From: an uncultured Gemmatimonadaceae bacterium
Lineage (GTDB): Bacteria; Gemmatimonadota; Gemmatimonadetes; Gemmatimonadales; Gemmatimonadaceae
Length of the DNA stretch: 64,000 nucleotides
NCBI GenBank assembly: GCA_963740355.1
Contig: CAVUDW010000003.1
Location: 1,344,001-1,408,000 of the forward strand
Direction of reading: 5' to 3'
The notes beneath the pieces are model-generated. The model made no database searches. It saw only the letters and a list, made by a program, of their open reading frames with translations, and was not told where the DNA came from. The position numbers and the translations under genes were made by a program. Below, in pieces: positions 58,649 through 64,000 of this stretch; the stretch's first letter is position 1, and the number at the start of each line of letters is the position of its first letter.

Positions 58649-59446
58649 ATGCCGCGAAACCGCGTGCGTGGGACACGTCGGCCCGCGAACGGCGCCCTGA
58701 GTGTGGCCGTGGCCGCCTCGCTGGTGAGCGCGACGCTCGGCGCACAGGCGACCGCCGGCGCGCCCGACACCCTTCCCTGGACCACCCGCAGTGAGGTATT
58801 TCGCGATCCCGGGTGCTCGGGCCGCGAGTGCTCGTCGGCGGAACTCTCGTGGCCAGACTTCGGGAAGCGAGTCGGGCCGCAGGCACGGGTGAATGAGCTC
58901 CTGATGGTGTCGATGGTGGTGCGCGAGAACGCCAGCGCAGCCAACCAGCGACGCAGGAGCGTGGCGGCGGTGGGCAAGGAATTTCTCGATGCCGCGCGCA
59001 AGGGCAGCGCCGCCGGCATGCCGTGGGACGCCAAGCGCACCATTTCAGTGGCCTGCAACACGCCGACGCGTGTGCTGCTGCGGTCGGACGAGTCGAGCTT
59101 CACCGGCGGTGCGCACGGGAATTTCTTCTCGCTGTTCCGGGCCTTTTCCCCGCGCACCGGGGCCCGCGTGAGCGAGGCGGCGATGGTGCCGCTTGCGGCG
59201 CGCCCCGGGATCCTCCCCCTCGTGGAACGCGCCTTCCGCCGGGAACGCGAACTCCCTGCCTCCGGGTCGCTGGCGGAGGTCGGGTACACCTTCAAGGACG
59301 ACCGCTTCGAACTGAGCACGGCTTTCCTCGCCGTCTGTGGGTCGTCATTGTTCGTCCACTGGAACGTGTACAGCATTGCTTCGTACGCGGCCGGGCCCAT
59401 CCACCTGATCATTCCGCTCGACTCGGTGCCGACGTTGCGCCGGTGA
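58649..59446 (+). CDS. Exported DUF3298 / RsiV-like protein
   Basis: Signal peptide; FTGGAHGN and YSIASYAAG motifs. Confidence 0.7.
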   Translation: MPRNRVRGTRRPANGALSVAVAASLVSATLGAQATAGAPDTLPWTTRSEVFRDPGCSGRECSSAELSWPDFGKRVGPQARVNELLMVSMVVRENASAANQRRRSVAAVGKEFLDAARKGSAAGMPWDAKRTISVACNTPTRVLLRSDESSFTGGAHGNFFSLFRAFSPRTGARVSEAAMVPLAARPGILPLVERAFRRERELPASGSLAEVGYTFKDDRFELSTAFLAVCGSSLFVHWNVYSIASYAAGPIHLIIPLDSVPTLRR

Positions 59447-59467
59447 GCTGTCCTTCATCGCGATCCT

Positions 59468-60655
59468 GTGTCCGTTCACACCCTGCCCTCGCTGGCATCG
59501 CTTCCGCCGTACGTCTTCTCTGAACTCGAACGCCGGAAGACCGCAGCGCGCGCTTCGGGGCATTCGTTCATCGACCTCGGCATCGGCAGCCCGGATCAGG
59601 CCACGCCAGCGGCGATCGTCGAAGCGTTACGCGAGGCGGCGCTGAGCAGCCCCCTCAATCCGTATCCCCCGTTCCGAGGCAGCGAGCGACTGCTGCGTGC
59701 CGCCACGCAGTTCATGGCCGCGCGATTCGGGGTCGAGTTCGCCCATGACAGCGAAGCCGTCGTGCTGGCGGGGTCGAAGGAAGGCATCGCCGAGTTGCTG
59801 GCCGCGATCTGTGGTCCGGGCGATGTAGTGCTCGCGCCGTCGCTCAGCTATCCCGTATATGTGCGCGCACCGCTGATGCATGGTGCCGATGTACACCTGG
59901 TGCCGATGGATCCGGCGCGTAGCTGGCAGCTGGACCTCGACAGTATTCCCGCCGAGACGCTGAAGCGCGCACGAGTCCTGATTGCGAACTACCCCAACAA
60001 TCCAACTGGCGCTGTCACCACGATCGACGACCTGGCCGCGCTGGTGGAATTCTCGAAGCGGCACAATTTGGTATTGCTGCACGATCTCGCGTATTCCGAG
60101 CTGACCTACGACGGCCACGTGGCGCCGAGTGTCTTTCAGGTGCCTGGCGCGCGCGAGGTGGCGGTGGAATTCCACTCTTGCTCGAAGTCGTTCAACATGG
60201 CCGGCATGCGAGCGGGCTTCGTCGTCGGCCGCCGTGATGCGCTAGATGCGCTGCTCGCCTATCGCTCGAATGTCGGCTACGGCGTGTCGATGCCGATCCA
60301 GCATGCGGCGGCGTATGCGCTGGACAATGTGCGGACGTTGATGCCGCCGATCGTGGCCGAGTATGATCGTCGGCGCACGGCGCTCTACGGTGCGCTACAG
60401 GAAGCGGGGTGGGATATCGCGGCACCGCGCGCGGCGATGTATGCCTGGCTGCCGCTACCGGATGGGTTGGAGCCGTGGGACGCGGTGCAGCGCCTGCTGA
60501 TGGAAGGCCAGGTGATGGTGACGCCGGGACTGGCGTTTGGCGAAGCGGGGGCTCGGTGGTTCCGGCTGTCGCTGGTGGCGCCAGCGGAGAAGTTGCGCGA
60601 GGCGGCCGGGCGGATTGTGCAGGTCTTGGGGGCGGTGCCAGCGGGAGTGCGGTAG
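59468..60655 (+). CDS. Class I/II PLP aminotransferase (LL-diaminopimelate aminotransferase-like)
   Basis: LPPYVF, GSKEG, NYPNNPTG, DLAY, SKSFNMAG.R.G. Confidence 0.88.
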   Translation: MSVHTLPSLASLPPYVFSELERRKTAARASGHSFIDLGIGSPDQATPAAIVEALREAALSSPLNPYPPFRGSERLLRAATQFMAARFGVEFAHDSEAVVLAGSKEGIAELLAAICGPGDVVLAPSLSYPVYVRAPLMHGADVHLVPMDPARSWQLDLDSIPAETLKRARVLIANYPNNPTGAVTTIDDLAALVEFSKRHNLVLLHDLAYSELTYDGHVAPSVFQVPGAREVAVEFHSCSKSFNMAGMRAGFVVGRRDALDALLAYRSNVGYGVSMPIQHAAAYALDNVRTLMPPIVAEYDRRRTALYGALQEAGWDIAAPRAAMYAWLPLPDGLEPWDAVQRLLMEGQVMVTPGLAFGEAGARWFRLSLVAPAEKLREAAGRIVQVLGAVPAGVR

Positions 60656-60714
60656 GCGCTTACTACCGTCGAACTCTGCGCACCACACTCGTCACACCGC
60701 ACCTGATTGACCGA

Positions 60715-61860
60715 CTACCCCTCGATCAGGTGCGGCACGAACTGCGACAGGTTGTCGGTGATGATCCGCTTCGACTCGCGTATCCCAATCCCCGCCGCTT
60801 CCTGCCCGATGATCCACGAGCCGATCACGGGATGAAAGCCGTCGAAGTTCGGGATCGAGGCCATCGACTGGTAGACATAGCCCTCTTCGCCGTAGTCCCC
60901 CTGCGATTCGACAAGCGTCTGGTCGAACATCGTCACCGTCACGTTCGCCCCTTCGCGTGACAGCAGCGGCTTTCGCACATAAGCATCCCACGTCAGCGTC
61001 TCGGCGATGTCGAGCGAGGCGGGCAGCAGTTCCGGGCTCTCGGGAAACAGCTCCCAGAGAATCGCCAGCAATCCCTTGTTCGACAACAACATCTTCCACA
61101 CCGGCTCGATCCACTGCATGCCGGTGCCACGCTGCAGCAGCGCCTGCACGAAGCGCTCATCCTCGGCGACGATCCATTCCCACGGATAGAGCTTGAAGAT
61201 CGACTCGATCACCCTATCGTCGGCGTCGGTGAAGAAGCCGTCGCTGGTGACGCCAATCTGGTCGATGGTGAGGGTGTCGCACGACAGGCCCGCCTGCTGC
61301 GCAGTGTCGCGCAGGTACGCGAGCGTCATGCCATCCTCGATGTCGTCCATGCCGGCGAAGTGCACCCGCTCGCCCTGCAGGAATGGCATCAGCCCCTTCC
61401 ACTGCTCGATCAGCCGTTCGTGGATCGAGTTGAACTGGTCCTTGGCCGGGAACTGCTCCTGCAACCAGAACCACTGCACCACCGCCGCCTCGACCAGCGA
61501 CGTCGGCGTATCGGCGTTGTACTCGAGCAGCTTCGGCGGACCGAGGCCGTCGTACGCCAAGTCGAATCGCCCGTAGATCGACGGCGGCTCCTGCTCCCAC
61601 GCCGCCTCGATCAGCGGGATGACATGCGACGGAATGCCCAGTCGCATGAAAAGGCGCTGGTCGATGATGTGCTGCGCCGCCTCGAGACACATCGCATGCA
61701 ACTTGTTGGTCGCATGCTCCAGCTTGAGGATCTCGTCCATCGTGAACGAGTAGTAGGCCGACTCGTTCCAGTACGCGCCCTTGGCAGAGTGCCAGGCCAG
61801 TCCCAGTGATTCGACCTTCTTCTGCCAGTCAGCGCGTACCGGGTGCGGAAAGCGCTTCAC
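60715..61860 (-). CDS. Glutathionylspermidine synthase-family ATP-grasp protein (YgiC-like)
   Basis: YWNESAYY, GRFDL, LEYNADTPT, FKLYPWE, SNKGLL, KPLLSREG; GTG start overlaps the upstream stop. Confidence 0.92.
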   Translation of the reverse strand: MKRFPHPVRADWQKKVESLGLAWHSAKGAYWNESAYYSFTMDEILKLEHATNKLHAMCLEAAQHIIDQRLFMRLGIPSHVIPLIEAAWEQEPPSIYGRFDLAYDGLGPPKLLEYNADTPTSLVEAAVVQWFWLQEQFPAKDQFNSIHERLIEQWKGLMPFLQGERVHFAGMDDIEDGMTLAYLRDTAQQAGLSCDTLTIDQIGVTSDGFFTDADDRVIESIFKLYPWEWIVAEDERFVQALLQRGTGMQWIEPVWKMLLSNKGLLAILWELFPESPELLPASLDIAETLTWDAYVRKPLLSREGANVTVTMFDQTLVESQGDYGEEGYVYQSMASIPNFDGFHPVIGSWIIGQEAAGIGIRESKRIITDNLSQFVPHLIEG

Positions 61861-62342
61861 GGCTTGGTGGGTGTGGGAGACGCTGGCGGAACTGCGGGAA
61901 CAACAGGTGTGGTTGGCACGCCAGGCGTCATCGACGGCGCCGGCATGTTGGTGACCGTCGGAGGCGCTGGTACCACAGGCCCGCCAGACCACTGGCACGA
62001 AATCGTATCGCCAACGATCACGCTCCGCGCCTTCTCGAGAGTCAGGATGCAGGTGTGACCGGTCGGCGACACGGCTTGCTGCACCGTCTCGGAATATTCG
62101 TTGCCTTCATCGTCCACGTTGCGCTGCTCAGCGGTGCGCACCGCCGTGATCGTGTCGACCGTGATCGACGCCGCGAGCGTGATCGAATCCTTCACGAAGT
62201 CAGCTTCGGCCGCGGAATCTGCCTTCGCCTGCTCGATCATCTCCGCCTCGCGCTGCTTGGCCTTTTCCTCGGCGCTGGTGCACGCCGCCACCAAAAACAG
62301 CGGCACCAGCAGCGCCGGTACGAGCCTGAATGTCTTGCGCAT
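61857..62342 (-). CDS. Hypothetical lipoprotein with Pro/Thr-rich tail
   Basis: Lipobox LVAAC; translationally coupled to the downstream gene. Confidence 0.75.
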   Translation of the reverse strand: MRKTFRLVPALLVPLFLVAACTSAEEKAKQREAEMIEQAKADSAAEADFVKDSITLAASITVDTITAVRTAEQRNVDDEGNEYSETVQQAVSPTGHTCILTLEKARSVIVGDTISCQWSGGPVVPAPPTVTNMPAPSMTPGVPTTPVVPAVPPASPTPTKP

Positions 62343-62345
62343 CGC

Positions 62346-62819
62346 TCAGCCGCCGAACGAAGCGCGACCACGACCGATCGAGCCGAATCCGCCGCGACGC
62401 AGGGTCGAACCCGAACGACTTCGCGCGATTGACGCCGGCCGGCGCAGGATCGACGACATGCGCGACGGCGACAACGCCGTTCCACGCGGCGCCACGCGCG
62501 ACGCGAACGACTCTGCTCGTGCGTCGAGCGAGCGGTAGTTGGCGGCGTACACCGACGCCGGTGCCGAATAGATCGGTCGACCGGCGCCGAGCGCCCGCGT
62601 GTAGCCCGCGTAGTAGAACAGGTACGGATTCGGGTACACCATCGGGATCCAGCCGCCGTGGTAGTTGTAGCCGCGATTCTGCACCGCGACCTCGCAGGCC
62701 GGGGCGTTGAAGGTTGTGGTGTTGCACGGGTCAACCGGTGGCGGCTCGGAGTCGCAGCCCGAGACACCGATCACGATCGTGTTGACGAAAAACAGCTGGA
62801 TACTGGTCGACTTCTTCAT
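62346..62819 (-). CDS. YgiB/DUF1190-like lipoprotein
   Basis: Lipobox VSGC; two further Cys; C-terminal RRGGFGS..GG; upstream of the YgiC-like gene. Confidence 0.7.
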   Translation of the reverse strand: MKKSTSIQLFFVNTIVIGVSGCDSEPPPVDPCNTTTFNAPACEVAVQNRGYNYHGGWIPMVYPNPYLFYYAGYTRALGAGRPIYSAPASVYAANYRSLDARAESFASRVAPRGTALSPSRMSSILRRPASIARSRSGSTLRRGGFGSIGRGRASFGG

Positions 62820-62997
62820 TGCTGCTGTATTGCCGCTGAAAGAGTCCGGGACGCGCCAAGGCACCACGGAAACAAGTCCCACCGGGCGCACAGGGGGACA
62901 CCGAATACTACGGTGCCGCAGCCCCATCCGTTTCCCTGACATTTCACGCATTAGAAACACTACAGATCGGGCCGCCGGTAGCCGATCCTCTCAACCA

Positions 62998-64000
62998 ATG
63001 GAACCTCAGCCGCCTCGGACTGCCGTGTCGCCCCAGCCTCTGGCCGAGCGGGATGCACTGACTGGCGCGCCGAGTCGACGGACGACGGCATGGAGACGCC
63101 TCCCCCGCTGGCTTCGACGCGCGTTGGCGTCCACGATGCCGTACAGCGCGGTCTTCATCGGCTTTGCCCTCATCCTCCGACTGGCGATCGTCACCCAGCA
63201 GGCGGACCTGATCGCGCTCTGCTCGGCGACGTTGACGATGGCGCTGATCGCCATCTGGAGACAAGCAGCTAACGGTCGCGAACGGGCGCGACTCAGCTCC
63301 GCGCGCGCGATGGCCGACAGCGAGACACGATTCCGCTCGCTGGTGCAGCACTCGACGGACCTCATCACCATCATCGACGGCGCCGACACGATCCGCTACG
63401 TCAGCCCAGCGATCCTGCGAGTCTTCGGCTACGACGCCGGCGACCTCGAAGGCAAGTCGTTCCGCGAGTTGGTGCACACCGACGACGTGGTCCCGATGCT
63501 GAGCTTTCTGACCGACGCCGCCAAGCCGGGCAGCCGCGCGACCACCGGTCACTGGCGCATGCTGAGCGCCAACGGCACCTGGTGTCGCGTGGAAAACGTG
63601 GCGGTGAACCTGCTCGAGGATCCGACTGTCGAAGGGCTGGTGCTCACCACCCGAGACGTCACACATCGCGTCGCGCTCGAAGAGCAGTTGGTGCACCGCG
63701 CCTTTCATGACGGACTGACCGGCCTCGCCAATCGTGCACTGTTCACCAACCGCGTCGAGCAGGCGCTGCTGCGTGCATCCCGCGATGCGCAGCGGACTGC
63801 GGTGCTGTTCCTCGACCTCGATGACTTCAAGGAAATCAACGACTCCCTCGGCCACGCCGCCGGTGATTCGCTGCTGACGCAGGGTGCTGACCGTTTGCGC
63901 GCCTGCCTCCGGGCCGGCGATACCGCAGCCCGACTTGGCGGCGACGAATTCGCCGTGCTGCTGGAAGGGTGTCACGACGACGGTGAGGAGGCGATGCACG
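62998..64000 (+). CDS. PAS-GGDEF protein, 3' truncated by window edge (missing from the ORF track)
   Basis: Hand translation from the ATG at 62998: two hydrophobic helices, [44 protein letters not shown]. Confidence 0.9.
   Translation, partial: MEPQPPRTAVSPQPLAERDALTGAPSRRTTAWRRLPRWLRRALASTMPYSAVFIGFALILRLAIVTQQADLIALCSATLTMALIAIWRQAANGRERARLSSARAMADSETRFRSLVQHSTDLITIIDGADTIRYVSPAILRVFGYDAGDLEGKSFRELVHTDDVVPMLSFLTDAAKPGSRATTGHWRMLSANGTWCRVENVAVNLLEDPTVEGLVLTTRDVTHRVALEEQLVHRAFHDGLTGLANRALFTNRVEQALLRASRDAQRTAVLFLDLDDFKEINDSLGHAAGDSLLTQGADRLRACLRAGDTAARLGGDEFAVLLEGCHDDGEEAMH

Noticed and set aside
58540..59412. 769-aa version of the AarF/UbiB kinase
   Set aside because: The extra N-terminus is the antisense shadow of the DUF3298-like gene; the likely start is 58539.
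62944..63999. 351-aa minus-strand ORF in the track
   Set aside because: It is the antisense of the plus-strand PAS-GGDEF gene, which runs off the window.

Overview
A high-GC bacterial chromosomal segment; the gene content suggests Gemmatimonadota, but this is inference. It holds about 45 protein-coding genes, and I recognised no rRNA, tRNA, CRISPR-cas, integrase or transposase. Main contents in order: end of kdpD, kdpE and lgt; a DEAD-box helicase; a TonB-dependent receptor paired with a GH144-like glucanase; a phospholipase D-family gene; a visibly more AT-rich ~6 kb block (about 15.0-21.0 kb) of four nuclease-like genes with no methyltransferase, a candidate defence island whose DUF262 gene carries a one-base frameshift; an ECF sigma/anti-sigma pair; several hydrolases; a complete clade II N2O reductase cluster (nosZ, nosB-nosL fusion, nosDFY) with an Rrf2 regulator and a divergent lipoprotein cytochrome c; a two-component system; a DUF3299/ABC system whose permease has a Met-Pro repeat insert; two paralogous PAS-GGDEF proteins; and a YgiB/YgiC-like operon. 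The most unusual non-coding signal is a dispersed family of 200-430 bp nested palindromic elements built from CGCAGAG/AACTGC motifs, three of which start exactly on a TGA stop codon. A second repeat family (GGCCACGGAGCTCACGGAG) occurs at two loci. All family assignments come from motif recognition by eye, not database searches, and several start codons were moved relative to the ORF track.
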